A DNA stretch of 64,000 nucleotides from Obrimoposthia wandeli (taxonomy: Eukaryota): positions 1-64,000 of the forward strand of contig CDROCS010000882.1 in the NCBI GenBank assembly GCA_977020255.1. Reading direction: 5' to 3'. Below the pieces are notes generated by a model that was given only the letters and a program-made list of their open reading frames with translations, made no database searches and was not told the DNA's origin. Position numbers and translations under genes: made by a program. Shown here one piece after another: positions 10,483-20,613 of this stretch. How positions within the stretch are numbered: the first letter of the stretch is position 1; every line of letters starts with the position of its first letter.

Positions 10483-10833
10483 TACCCAAACCATTTTAAG
10501 ATGTAGTTTCAGCGCTAAGCTAGAAAATCGCGCTGTACGAAGACAATGGTTACTCCCTTACCAAGTGCTGCAACACTTTTTTGCTCCCGGTAAAAGCTAA
10601 GGTCATACATCCGTGTATGCACAGCTGATATGGTTTTCTAGCTTAGCTCCTTTCGGGCAAGGGGATAAAGGGGCATCTGTGGCGTTATTGATTTCGATAA
10701 TGGAACAACCATTCTCGGCTCTGGCATCCTGCTTCGCCCTACCTTCACCATCCATGGCTTCGTCTTCAATCAATGCCTTGGTGCTAACCCTTTATCGACT
10801 TGCCCAATCCTACATATTCAAGTTGCTTGGGTA
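10483..10833 (-). mobile_element. ERIC-like MITE family 1, copy A (351 bp, two internal inserted modules)
   Basis: Terminal inverted repeats TACCCAAACCATTTTAAGATGTAG / CTACATATTCAAGTTGCTTGGGTA with TA on both sides; colinear in reverse with the copy at 59051. Confidence 0.9.
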
Positions 10834-10879
10834 TATATTCATTTTATAGTCAGTAGATAATAAACTGAAATTATAAAAA

Positions 10880-11335
10880 TTAAGCACGGCTTTCGATATA
10901 GCTTTGATAATCAGGAATGGATTTTTCATAGCTTTTATCAAAAAATGGAGAGTTTATAATAAAGTCTGCCGTGGCTTGGTTACACGCGACAGGAATATTC
11001 CAGACTGCAGCTAAGCGCAGTAAGGCTTTTACGTCAGGGTCATGAGGTTGAGCTTCTAAAGGATCCCAGAAAAAAATCAGCATATCAATTTTCTGTTCGG
11101 TGATAAGAGCACCTATTTGTTGATCTCCACCTAATGGACCGCTAATCAATTTATTTATTGTTAACGAGGTGTTGTTACTGAGTAGGTTGCCGGTTGTACC
11201 GGTAGCAAAAAGCTTATGAGTAGATAATTTGTCAGCATAGCGTTGACACCAAGCAAGTAAGTTCGCTTTCATATTATCATGGGCAACTAATGCGATAGAT
11301 TTAAGTTCGGTCGCGATAACGTCTTTGTATTGCAT
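10880..11335 (-). CDS. mgsA: Methylglyoxal synthase
   Basis: [24 protein letters not shown] and [12 protein letters not shown] motifs. Confidence 0.96.
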   Translation of the reverse strand: MQYKDVIATELKSIALVAHDNMKANLLAWCQRYADKLSTHKLFATGTTGNLLSNNTSLTINKLISGPLGGDQQIGALITEQKIDMLIFFWDPLEAQPHDPDVKALLRLAAVWNIPVACNQATADFIINSPFFDKSYEKSIPDYQSYIESRA

Positions 11336-11899
11336 ATATTTCCTTTGAATTTTTAGTTGAGCATTGCTGCCGCTTGTGTTGCCTTAGGTGATTAATGTTT
11401 CAGTACTCAAATAATGACTTCATAACGCTTATAATTTTAATCATTAGGGGCCAATTTTAAGCAATATCATAAGCCGCTGTATTAACATTGATAAAACAGC
11501 AGACTAAAAATGATTATAACAAGCGTTAAACTATGAATAACATAGCATTATTCTCATTTTATACTGACACAGCCAGTATAAGGCTTTCAACAACTTATTT
11601 ATCTGTCTAATAACTATCCTATATTTGTAACCGTCATCGTCATTTTGTTAAAGTCATGCTCTGGTTGCCATAAAAGGCAGTAAATGATTGAACGATCTTA
11701 GAATGCTGAAAGCGGATCATATGAAAATATTGAGTTAACACTGTTTATAAAAAGGTAGTGACATGAATATGAGTATGTTGATTTTACTGAGTTGTAAAAT
11801 AACGACTCGCTGATATATTCTGATGCTAAGTCATTTGTCAGTAAAGATTTTTCAGGTATGCTGTTGTTATAATAAGATCATAAAAAACATGAGGGATTT

Positions 11900-12940
11900 A
11901 TGTTAAGTACAGAAACAACACAGACGGTTAAAGGCTTCGCTTTAGTGCTCAGTGATGACAGTGAATTAAAACCTTCTCAGCGTGTAATGCTTATTGAAAA
12001 AAAGCTACCCGCGCTTAAACCGGGACAAGTTCTCGTTAGAATGTTAGCTGCACCTGTCAATCCCTCTGATTTGGTGTATTTATTAGGAAAATATGGCCTA
12101 GCTCCTCAAGAAGGAGCTTTTGTTGGCTTTGAAGGCTGTGGCATTGTCGAACAAGCTAATGCGGGTCTTTATGGCAAATGGTTAAAAGGTAAGCGCGTTG
12201 CTATATCAGCGCAACCGGGCATTGATGGTGTTTGGGCTGAATATGCAATAACAAAAGCTAATTACTGTTTACCCGTTCGCAAAGAGTTAAGTGATGAACA
12301 AGCAGCAACCATAATTGTAAACCCTTGTACGTCTGTTTGTTTGGTTGAGCGTGCTATAACACTTGGCAGCAAAGCTATTGTCATTAATGCAGCGGCAAGC
12401 CAAGTAGGCAAGGGGGCTATTCGGTACGCGAAACTCAAGGGCATTAAAACGATCGCGACTGTGCGCAGTGAAGCTAATGTTGAGGTGTTAATAGCATTAG
12501 GAGCCGATTATGTTTTTTTGACTACAGAGCATGATTTTGACAAATCTTTAAAGCATTGTGCGCGAAAAATACAAGCCAATGTTTTATTAGATGCAGTCGC
12601 CGCCGAAGACACTCCACGTTTATTAAAGGCGATGCCTAATGGTTCTACCGCTTTGGTATATGGTCGATTGACTGAAACTCATGATCCGTTGGGTGGTCTA
12701 TTTAATGTTGCTGACGTGATTTTCCGTGATATTAAAATAGAAGGCTTTTGGCTGGCTAAATACATAGGTGATGCCTCTGCGCTGCAAGTACTAGCACTAA
12801 GTTCAAAAGTTCAGAAACTGTTTGCCCAAGGAATTTTTAAAACAGATATTTACGCGAGTGTTGGTTTTGATGATTTCCCACAAGCGCTAGATCATTATGC
12901 GCGGCATAAAAGTGACGGTAAAGTGATACTAAAATACTAA
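11900..12940 (+). CDS. MDR-family NAD(P)H-dependent oxidoreductase (quinone/enoyl reductase-like)
   Basis: APVNPSD, GFEGCG, AAASQVG nucleotide-binding motif and C-terminal GKVIL. Confidence 0.85.
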   Translation: MLSTETTQTVKGFALVLSDDSELKPSQRVMLIEKKLPALKPGQVLVRMLAAPVNPSDLVYLLGKYGLAPQEGAFVGFEGCGIVEQANAGLYGKWLKGKRVAISAQPGIDGVWAEYAITKANYCLPVRKELSDEQAATIIVNPCTSVCLVERAITLGSKAIVINAAASQVGKGAIRYAKLKGIKTIATVRSEANVEVLIALGADYVFLTTEHDFDKSLKHCARKIQANVLLDAVAAEDTPRLLKAMPNGSTALVYGRLTETHDPLGGLFNVADVIFRDIKIEGFWLAKYIGDASALQVLALSSKVQKLFAQGIFKTDIYASVGFDDFPQALDHYARHKSDGKVILKY

Positions 12941-12966
12941 AATACTAAAATACTAAAATATTAAAA
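12927..12966 (+). repeat. 8-bp tandem repeat (TACTAAAA)x4 plus one imperfect unit
   Basis: Read directly; overlaps the MDR stop codon and fills the gap to the convergent gene. Confidence 0.95.
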
Positions 12967-12968
12967 CA

Positions 12969-13712
12969 TTAGAAGTGATACTTGTGCTTTAGCTGCTGGT
13001 ATTCCGTACTGGCTTTAAACTCTCTCATCGCTTGATTAAATGCCTTCATGTTGGCATTGTTTTTAAAGGCAACTCGGTATGGACTTAATGGGAAAATATA
13101 ATGAAATGCGATGTCATTTTCTTCTAAATTGCTTTGGTGTTTGTCAAAATAGTAGAGAAATATTTTAATATCCATTACCAAAATATCGACTCGGCCTAGT
13201 AGCAATAGCTCTAGTTGTTTTTTTTGGTTGGCGACCTGAATAAACATGGGACTGCCCGCTGTTGTTCGTGAAAATTCATCACCTAGCACTTTATCAGCAA
13301 GTTGAAATGAAGCAATGGAGTAGTCAGCCATATCAGAGATGCTATTAAGTGTTATTGCATCTTTTTTTAGTGAAATGGCAACATTTTGATAATTAATGTA
13401 ATTTTCGCTTAAGTTGTTGTTGTGAGGAAACATTTGTTTGTTAACGGTAATAACGGCATCAATTTCAGGTAACTCGAGCATCTTTTCTGAACGGCCATAA
13501 GGTATAAAAACAAACTCAGGGGCTTTATCAATATTATTTAGTACCTGCTGGATTAATTCTAATTCGAAACCAGAGCGGCTTTCTTCAATAGCATAGGGGG
13601 GTTTAGAAAGACCAACCACAACTTTAAATGTGGCTTTAGCAAAACCCGTGGTAGAAAAAACACTGATAATAATGAAAAAAAGAATATTTATTGGCATAGA
13701 ATGTTTTATCAC
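12969..13712 (-). CDS. Periplasmic substrate-binding protein (family 3-like), stand-alone
   Basis: Signal peptide; KPPY, GFELEL and GRVDILVMD motifs. Confidence 0.8.
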   Translation of the reverse strand: MIKHSMPINILFFIIISVFSTTGFAKATFKVVVGLSKPPYAIEESRSGFELELIQQVLNNIDKAPEFVFIPYGRSEKMLELPEIDAVITVNKQMFPHNNNLSENYINYQNVAISLKKDAITLNSISDMADYSIASFQLADKVLGDEFSRTTAGSPMFIQVANQKKQLELLLLGRVDILVMDIKIFLYYFDKHQSNLEENDIAFHYIFPLSPYRVAFKNNANMKAFNQAMREFKASTEYQQLKHKYHF

Positions 13713-13732
13713 AACGTTACTTAAGTGCTTTA

Positions 13733-14203
13733 TTATTCCTTGATAATATGAGCATAAGTAGCTTGTAGCGATAGCGCAAGGTCACTTGGCGACAATTCAA
13801 TTTCTAAACCTCGTTTACCACCACTAACAAATAAGGTATTGAGCATTTCTGCACGCTTATCTACTAGGGTGACCAGAGGTTTTTTTTGCCCAAGAGGACT
13901 CACCCCACCAAGTACATATCCGGTAGAATTTTGTACTTTGTTAATCTCGGCCATTTTTATTTTTTTTGCTTTGAGCGCCTTGGCGAGTTTTTTCAAATTA
14001 AGCTTCTCTTGCGCAGGAATAATAGCTACGGCTAAGTAGCTATTATCAACGTCCACCACTAGGGTTTTAAAAACTAACTCAGCACTGACATTGAGTTTAT
14101 CAATAGCCTCTAGGCCAAATGACTTACAATTAACATCATGCTGATACTGGTGTAATTTATACGGTATCGCTAATTTATCTAATTGTTCAACTGCAGGTGT
14201 CAT
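13733..14203 (-). CDS. ybaK: Cys-tRNA(Pro) deacylase
   Basis: MTPA start, VFKTL, TGYVLGGVSPLGQKK and SGGKRGLEIEL. Confidence 0.95.
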   Translation of the reverse strand: MTPAVEQLDKLAIPYKLHQYQHDVNCKSFGLEAIDKLNVSAELVFKTLVVDVDNSYLAVAIIPAQEKLNLKKLAKALKAKKIKMAEINKVQNSTGYVLGGVSPLGQKKPLVTLVDKRAEMLNTLFVSGGKRGLEIELSPSDLALSLQATYAHIIKE

Positions 14204-14313
14204 ATTGCGGCCTTAACTCATTTTTAAGTCTGTACTTCGCTAAATTATCTACAGCTTGATACTATTAATTAATGCTTTGCAAGCGTTCGTCGTAGTAACC
14301 CTTTTATGGCGGG

Positions 14314-14925
14314 TTATTCAGTGGCTAAGTGGTTGCTGATGTCACTGGATAATAAGGTCATTGCTTGACGCATTTGTTGCACAGCATGCGGATAACCATC
14401 GACTGTAAGTGCTACCATCAATTTAAAATGGTGTTTTTTTAACACATGAGGCATTTTTCTCTCTTGTAACCAATAGCTACCCGCAAGTATGACTTGTGAT
14501 TGATGGGTGGCATGAAATGCGGTTACTTCAACTAGAAGCTCTGTATCGAAGGTTTGCCTACTTGGCATGGCTGCAATGACATAATGATGGCGCTGATCTA
14601 CGGTATTTAAATCCTGAGTTAAAGTGCGGACAATACTAGTTTGTAAGGTTTCTGCCCACATATGAAAGTTAGAATAGTGTAATTGATGATCAGACAGCTG
14701 TAAAACTAACCCAGGTTGTTTTAAATAGTCAGGTAACTCCAATACGTTAACGGTAATGGTTGGAGTGTTTGTATTTTTTATAATACGGGCACTATTTTTA
14801 TTGCTGACGCTGGTATTAAGTGTCGGGCTATTCAGTAAATAGTATTGCGTTTTTGGTGTATTGTTCGACGTACACGCACTCAAGAGGATAATTGATAAAC
14901 TAAATAGGCTTAACGCTCGTTTCAT
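14314..14925 (-). CDS. pqiC: PqiC-family outer-membrane lipoprotein
   Basis: Lipobox LSAC, YYLL, LPDYL and WAE motifs; last gene of the pqi operon. Confidence 0.88.
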   Translation of the reverse strand: MKRALSLFSLSIILLSACTSNNTPKTQYYLLNSPTLNTSVSNKNSARIIKNTNTPTITVNVLELPDYLKQPGLVLQLSDHQLHYSNFHMWAETLQTSIVRTLTQDLNTVDQRHHYVIAAMPSRQTFDTELLVEVTAFHATHQSQVILAGSYWLQERKMPHVLKKHHFKLMVALTVDGYPHAVQQMRQAMTLLSSDISNHLATE

Positions 14926-16583
14926 TACTGTGCTCCATTACGTTTTGTTGGCATTGGCTCAGTGCTGTCACCATCATTAAATACCAAGCTATTAGGTTTG
15001 TGTTTAAGCTGATTGAGCAGAGGTTTTAATTCATTCATAGTTGCTGTTAATGTGTTTAGTGTCGTGCGCAGGTCCTCATAACCAGTAGAACCAGACGATA
15101 AATCTTGAGTTAAACTATTAATGCCTTGTAAGGTTTTTTTCAGCTCTGCGCTAAGGTGCTGTTGCTCAACTTGGCTAAGTAGGCCCTCAAGATTTTGGCT
15201 TACACCTTGTAGCTCTTTTGCCGTTTGCGTTATTTCTAACATCAGTTGATTAGCATTATTACTTAAATTGTTAAGTGGAATATTATTTAGCTTATCCATG
15301 AACTGTTCAGCTTTCGCGGTGATTTGTGAAAAGTCATCGCTGCTAGTTGGAATAATAGGAAACTGATCATATTGTTCAATAACACTCACGGGTTGATCTA
15401 GGTTATGTTGTAAATCAACATACAGGCTGCCGGTTAAAATATTTCCTGTGCGTAATACGGCTTTTAAACCGTGTTTTATCCAATAAATATTTTGTTTAGA
15501 CATAATATCTTTGCCATTACTATCATCAGGTAAACCGACACGTCCGGGTTGCAAACTGATTAATACGGGAATTTTAAAATCTTCTTTTGTTAGGGTGTTT
15601 TTACTTAATGTCAGCGCCATATTGGTTGATTTAACTTTACCTATTTGTACGCCTCGATATTCAACAGGTGCGCCGATAGAAAGTCCTCTGATAGAGTCAC
15701 TAACGAGAACAACAAATTCGATAGAATGACGGTATCTTTCATCATCGGCGGCATCGTAACTCTCATAAATATCAAAATACGAACGTTCGCCAATTTTTTC
15801 GCCAACGCCCATACCTTCTGGAATACCAAAAGTGACGCCATTGGTCAGCATCGTTTCTAAATTACCGGTTTTTATAGAGATGCCGTCAGCATTTAAGTCA
15901 AATTGCAAACCACTAACATCCCAAAATTTGGTGTTACTCGTGATTAATTGATGATAAGGCGCTTTGATAAAAGCATTATAATAAACAACGCGCTCTTCAA
16001 AATTGAAATATATATCTTCGAACTGACCAACGGTTAATCCTTTATAAATAATGGGATCTCCCTTGGAATATGCGAACTGATCATTGCTATTAAGGGTGAC
16101 ATGTAGCCCTGGCGTGCCAACGGCGGTAACCGGAGGTGCATCTAAGGCTTCAAATTGATAACGCTCAGCATTGTTTTTTCCTGGTGATATCTCAATATAT
16201 ACCCCTGATATTAACGTACTGAGTCCAGATACTCCGGTATGTGATATTTGTGGAGAAACGACCCAAAACATACTATCAGTTACTAAGAAGTGCTCTGCCG
16301 TTTTCTTAATTTTTGCGGTAACAATAACACCGTCACCTTTATTGTTGAGCTCAATTTGGCTGATTTCACCAATATCTACATTACGTGATTTTATTTTGGT
16401 TTTTCCAGCTTCCATACCTTCAGCGGTAGAAAAATGAATTGAAATTTCTGTGCCTTCATTACTCCACTGATAATAAAGCATCCAACAGCCAATAAAAACG
16501 GCGATTAGAGGAACAAACCAAATGGTTGATACGCTTTTAACAGGTTTTATTGTCGCGTTCTCAGCGGGTTTATCATTGTTCAT
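14925..16583 (-). CDS. pqiB: Multi-MCE-domain intermembrane transport protein PqiB
   Basis: Three MCE-like repeats (AEGMEAGKT, GDPIIYKG, GAPVEYRG), single N-terminal TM. Confidence 0.93.
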   Translation of the reverse strand: MNNDKPAENATIKPVKSVSTIWFVPLIAVFIGCWMLYYQWSNEGTEISIHFSTAEGMEAGKTKIKSRNVDIGEISQIELNNKGDGVIVTAKIKKTAEHFLVTDSMFWVVSPQISHTGVSGLSTLISGVYIEISPGKNNAERYQFEALDAPPVTAVGTPGLHVTLNSNDQFAYSKGDPIIYKGLTVGQFEDIYFNFEERVVYYNAFIKAPYHQLITSNTKFWDVSGLQFDLNADGISIKTGNLETMLTNGVTFGIPEGMGVGEKIGERSYFDIYESYDAADDERYRHSIEFVVLVSDSIRGLSIGAPVEYRGVQIGKVKSTNMALTLSKNTLTKEDFKIPVLISLQPGRVGLPDDSNGKDIMSKQNIYWIKHGLKAVLRTGNILTGSLYVDLQHNLDQPVSVIEQYDQFPIIPTSSDDFSQITAKAEQFMDKLNNIPLNNLSNNANQLMLEITQTAKELQGVSQNLEGLLSQVEQQHLSAELKKTLQGINSLTQDLSSGSTGYEDLRTTLNTLTATMNELKPLLNQLKHKPNSLVFNDGDSTEPMPTKRNGAQ

Positions 16584-17751
16584 TATTTTTATTTTTCCAA
16601 ATCAACTGAGGTTCAAAACTCATTGCGGCGAGCATAGTGGCAACTACAACGCCTGAAAACGCTAACGTTGCAGCGCCTGGGGTTATACTCATTGTTGGTC
16701 CAAGTTGTATTAAGCTAGCTAGTACAATAACAACGAAAACATCTATCATTGACCAACGACCGACAAATTCAGCCAGACGATACCATTTTACTCTTTCTAA
16801 GCTTAATCTATCACTTTGTTTTTGAACACTATAATTTAGCCAAGCCAATACCAGTATCTTAGCTACTGGCACGACAACACTGGCAACAAAAATAATTGCA
16901 GCAATAGGGTAGGAGCCCAAATGCCAAAGTAATATAACGCCGCCTATAATCGTGCTTGGGTCGTCTTGCCCAAAGAGTCGAGTAGACATAATGGGGTACA
17001 TATTCGCAGGAATATATAAAATTACTGCGGTGATCAGTAGTGCCCAGGTTTTTTGTACGCTCATGAGGTGTGTTGCAGGATCTTCTTGAGCAATTTTGTG
17101 CTTGCTTTCTTCTATCTCAATATTATGTGCCTTTTCAATCTCGGCTAATAACTGATACAGCTGGCGTTTGTCTATATGTAAAACAACCAATGTCATCGAT
17201 AGTGCGAACAAAGTAAAAGCGTAAAAAGATAAGCCGAGTGCAATGTCAGCCATCGACATAATTTTTATTAAGCTGACTAAAGCGCCGATTAAAAATATTT
17301 CTACCATGCTCCAGGGGAGTAGTTTAAAAATCATGGCTAAAACACGTCGACCATTTTTTGGATACAAACCTTTATTCATTGGAATGAGTAAATAAAGCAC
17401 TGACACTAGAACAACACTAGGAATAGCAAAAATAGTCAGTAATTCAATCAAGGCTAGAATATGATAATTATTATCAATTAAGATAAAAAAAGTATTGATA
17501 ACATCAAAATGGTTTTCTAAACCATTGCTGCTAAATGACAAAAAGCTAAAAGGTAAAGAAGCCAATAAAAATATTAGCGCGGTAATAGCAAAGGCTATAA
17601 TTCTTTCATTGGCATTTTTATGTTTGGCACTCAAAGTGTAACCACAGCGAGGGCACTGTGCTTTTTGATTTTCTTTTAACTGAGGCAAGTTAATGGTCAG
17701 CCCACATTCATGGCACTGAACTTCAACGTGATGTTCTTCGATGTTTGGCAA
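16573..17751 (-). CDS. pqiA: Paraquat-inducible protein A (two PqiA domains)
   Basis: CHEC/CPRC zinc motif, PWSMVEIF and GRWSMIDVF. Confidence 0.92.
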   Translation of the reverse strand: MPNIEEHHVEVQCHECGLTINLPQLKENQKAQCPRCGYTLSAKHKNANERIIAFAITALIFLLASLPFSFLSFSSNGLENHFDVINTFFILIDNNYHILALIELLTIFAIPSVVLVSVLYLLIPMNKGLYPKNGRRVLAMIFKLLPWSMVEIFLIGALVSLIKIMSMADIALGLSFYAFTLFALSMTLVVLHIDKRQLYQLLAEIEKAHNIEIEESKHKIAQEDPATHLMSVQKTWALLITAVILYIPANMYPIMSTRLFGQDDPSTIIGGVILLWHLGSYPIAAIIFVASVVVPVAKILVLAWLNYSVQKQSDRLSLERVKWYRLAEFVGRWSMIDVFVVIVLASLIQLGPTMSITPGAATLAFSGVVVATMLAAMSFEPQLIWKNKNNEQ

Positions 17752-17947
17752 ATTATCTTGGCACTGTAAATGCCGTCCTCAGTTTGAGTAAAAATTATTA
17801 TTTTAAATTAGCATATATTAACAATAATTTACTTAATAATTTTATTGAAATTAAAGAATTATCTTTAAAGAATTATACTATGAATGATTCTTTAATCGGA
17901 ATTGATTACAGGTCTTTAATTATGCTTTTTAATAAAGTCTTAAGTGC

Positions 17948-18541
17948 TTAAACATATTTTTGAACTTGCGCCTGCAAGCTAGGAACCACATAGCTCTCAA
18001 ACCATGGGTTTTTCTTTAGCCATATATTATTTCGAGGGCTAGGGTGGGGAATTGGGATTACTGCGGGTATAGTCTTATGGTAATAGTTTTGCCAACTCTT
18101 AACGGTTTCGGTTAAGGTTTTTTCTTGGTTTTCTGGTAAATGCCATTGTTGAGCATAATGACCAATAGCAATAATTAACTCTACTTGCGTTAATTGTTCA
18201 AGGATTTGTTCTCGCCATGTTTTTGCACATTCAGGCCGTGGAGCCAAGTCGCCAGATTTGCCTTTGCCGGGATAACAAAATGCCATAGGTATAATGGCAA
18301 AGACTTTGTCATTATAAAAAGTGTCAGTATCAACACCTAGCCACAACCTTAGTCTTTCTCCACTTTTATCGTCAAAAGGAGTACCTGATTGATGTACTTT
18401 TAGCCCTGGTGCTTGACCCGCGATGATAATTTTAGACGATGGTGACATTTGTATTACTGGATTCACGCCATGTGGCAGAGATTCTTGGCAAAGCGTGCAT
18501 TGGCGTACATCATTGATCAATTGAGTGAATATATCGGACAA
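17948..18541 (-). CDS. Uracil-DNA glycosylase superfamily protein
   Basis: GQAPG, PMAFCYPG and HPSPRN motifs. Confidence 0.88.
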   Translation of the reverse strand: MSDIFTQLINDVRQCTLCQESLPHGVNPVIQMSPSSKIIIAGQAPGLKVHQSGTPFDDKSGERLRLWLGVDTDTFYNDKVFAIIPMAFCYPGKGKSGDLAPRPECAKTWREQILEQLTQVELIIAIGHYAQQWHLPENQEKTLTETVKSWQNYYHKTIPAVIPIPHPSPRNNIWLKKNPWFESYVVPSLQAQVQKYV

Positions 18542-18625
18542 TAGCGTGACCTTTTTTAGGATCTTTAGTTGTTCAAGGTAATGGAAATATCAGTGTTTGA
18601 AAAATTTAGGTATAGGAATAGGTAT

Positions 18626-18657
18626 AAAAAAGTGCTGTTATCAATAATAACAGCACT
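18626..18657 (-). terminator. Rho-independent terminator of the ompA-family gene
   Basis: AGTGCTGTTAT / ATAACAGCACT stem with an A run on the left, giving a U tract on the minus strand. Confidence 0.8.
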
Positions 18658-18693
18658 CTTGTGTTTAAATAATTTAGCTAAGTTAAAGCAATA

Positions 18694-19761
18694 TTAACGT
18701 TTAATCGCTACTTTATTTTTTACTGAAACTTTTGCTTCAATGCGTCTGTTTTCTGCATGTGCAGCAGCATTATTAGCAGAGTTTAGTAATTGCTCTTCAC
18801 CCATACCATTTGCCGTTAAACGTGAGGCATTGATACCAAAATCATGAGTCAACACGGCAACAATAGCATCTGCACGTTGTTGAGATAATTTTTTATTAAA
18901 TGCAGCAGCACCTTGGCTTGAAGTATGTCCAACAATCGTTAGTGACGTGTGTGGGTACTTTTTCATAAAGTCAGCAGCAGCTTTGATGTTGTCTAAATAT
19001 TCAGCTTTAACAACAGCTTTAGAATTATCAAAGTTCACTTGTAGGCGTAACTCGTCATTTTCTTCTGTAAATACTGTACAGCCATTGCTATCTACTTTAT
19101 CGGTTATTGGCGTGGCTTTACATTGATCTTTACTGTCGATAACACCGTCATTGTCGCTATCAAGCGGTTTAGCAACTACTGGCGCCGGTTGTACCGGTGT
19201 CGCAGGTCTAGCCTTTTTAGCGGTATCGCCAAAGAAGTAAACAAAACCGATTTGTGCACTAAGATCAGTATACTTATTATCGAATTGATAATGGCCGTTA
19301 CCTTCGAAGTATACCGCACTGCGGTCACTGACATAATGACGGTAACCAGCACCCACATTTGCTGATAAATCAGAATCAATAACGTCAATAACACTTGCGC
19401 CACCCATAACATAAAAGTTTTGTTTGGTTGGGAAGTATAAATAATTTGCTGCGATATTTTTACCAGAAGGCGAAGACGGTGCCCAGCCTGTTCTGCTTAA
19501 GTTAAGATGAGTGTAAGAAAGTCTCAATTCTGAGTACTCAGATAAACGATGGCCAAACTCAATACCATAACCATTTGCGTGGTCGATATAGTCAACACCA
19601 TTTGGCGCTAATCTGTCATCATCGGTGTTCATGCGCATACCGTGAATACCAAGATAGTTTTTTCCGACAAGATCTTCTGCTTTTGGCTGCTCTTGTGCAT
19701 TGACGGTAAATGCACAAAGTAAGCTTGAAATTAATAATAGTGATGTTTTTTGTTGACGCAC
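18694..19761 (-). CDS. OmpA/OprF-family outer-membrane protein
   Basis: N-terminal barrel, Pro-rich linker, DSDNDGVID Ca-binding repeat with Cys pair, C-terminal GHTS...LSQQRA...NRRIE. Confidence 0.93.
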   Translation of the reverse strand: MRQQKTSLLLISSLLCAFTVNAQEQPKAEDLVGKNYLGIHGMRMNTDDDRLAPNGVDYIDHANGYGIEFGHRLSEYSELRLSYTHLNLSRTGWAPSSPSGKNIAANYLYFPTKQNFYVMGGASVIDVIDSDLSANVGAGYRHYVSDRSAVYFEGNGHYQFDNKYTDLSAQIGFVYFFGDTAKKARPATPVQPAPVVAKPLDSDNDGVIDSKDQCKATPITDKVDSNGCTVFTEENDELRLQVNFDNSKAVVKAEYLDNIKAAADFMKKYPHTSLTIVGHTSSQGAAAFNKKLSQQRADAIVAVLTHDFGINASRLTANGMGEEQLLNSANNAAAHAENRRIEAKVSVKNKVAIKR

Positions 19762-19823
19762 AATGTATTCCTTCTGACATAAATGTTAATAAATTTTTTT
19801 GCTAAATTTATCTATTGTTATTG

Positions 19824-19869
19824 TATATTCAAGTGGTTTGGGTATATATATTCAAGTGGTTTGGGTATA
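19824..19869 (+). repeat. Two direct 23-bp copies of the MITE family 1 terminal repeat, without an element body
   Basis: TATATTCAAGTGGTTTGGGTATA at 19824 and again at 19847; matches the right end of the copy at 59051. Confidence 0.92.
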
Positions 19870-20054
19870 AATGTATAGTGACTCTAGCATAGACTATAAA
19901 TAGTAACCTTAATTGTGCTAAAAGTAATCATTGCCAATCGCTAATACCATAATTAGTGAGTAGTTTATCTAATTTTTATGAATTACGATAGGTGATTATA
20001 CCTTAGTCTATGACCTGTAAAAGCTGCACATCTACTATATTTGATAGCGCAACA

Positions 20055-20334
20055 TACCCCAAGCCACTTGAAGATGCAGGATTGTGCAAGTTGAAAAAGG
20101 GTTAGTACCAAGGCATAGATTGAAGAAAAGGGTTGTTCCATTGTCGAAATCAATAACGCCACAGATGACCCTTTATCGCCTTGCTCAAAAGAAGATAAGC
20201 TAGAAAACCAGCTCCGCGTTGCATACACGGATGTATGTACTTAGCTTTTGTCTGGAACAGAAAAGCTGTGCATACACGGATGTATGACCTTAGCTTTTGT
20301 CTGGAACCGAATGCAGATCCAAGCGGTTTGGGTA
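20055..20334 (+). mobile_element. ERIC-like MITE family 1, copy B (two tandem TGCA-bounded modules)
   Basis: Left end TACCCCAAGCCACTTGAAGATGCAG, right end TCCAAGCGGTTTGGGTA-TA; internal 49-bp period. Confidence 0.88.
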
Positions 20335-20613
20335 TATTATTAAGGCTGTTGAAAAGCCCTATGTTTTCATCGATACCCTAAAAAGATAATATTTTACTGA
20401 CATTTAAGCACTTAAGACATTATCTTATTTAATTTATTCAAACGGTTTTTTAAATTTATATCATTAAATTTCTTTAGATACATTTGATTGTTGCTATACC
20501 TAGGTATAATGCAATTTATCGCTGTGAATTAAAACAGAGACTTAACACAGATAAACAGATAATTACTGAGTAATTAAACTGAGTGTAAAACCAGACCAAT
20601 CGGATTAAATAAT

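Noticed and set aside
20220-20315. Tandem 49-bp units considered as a mini-CRISPR array
   Set aside because: The whole unit is repeated with no unique spacers, there are only two units, they lie inside a MITE, and there are no cas genes.
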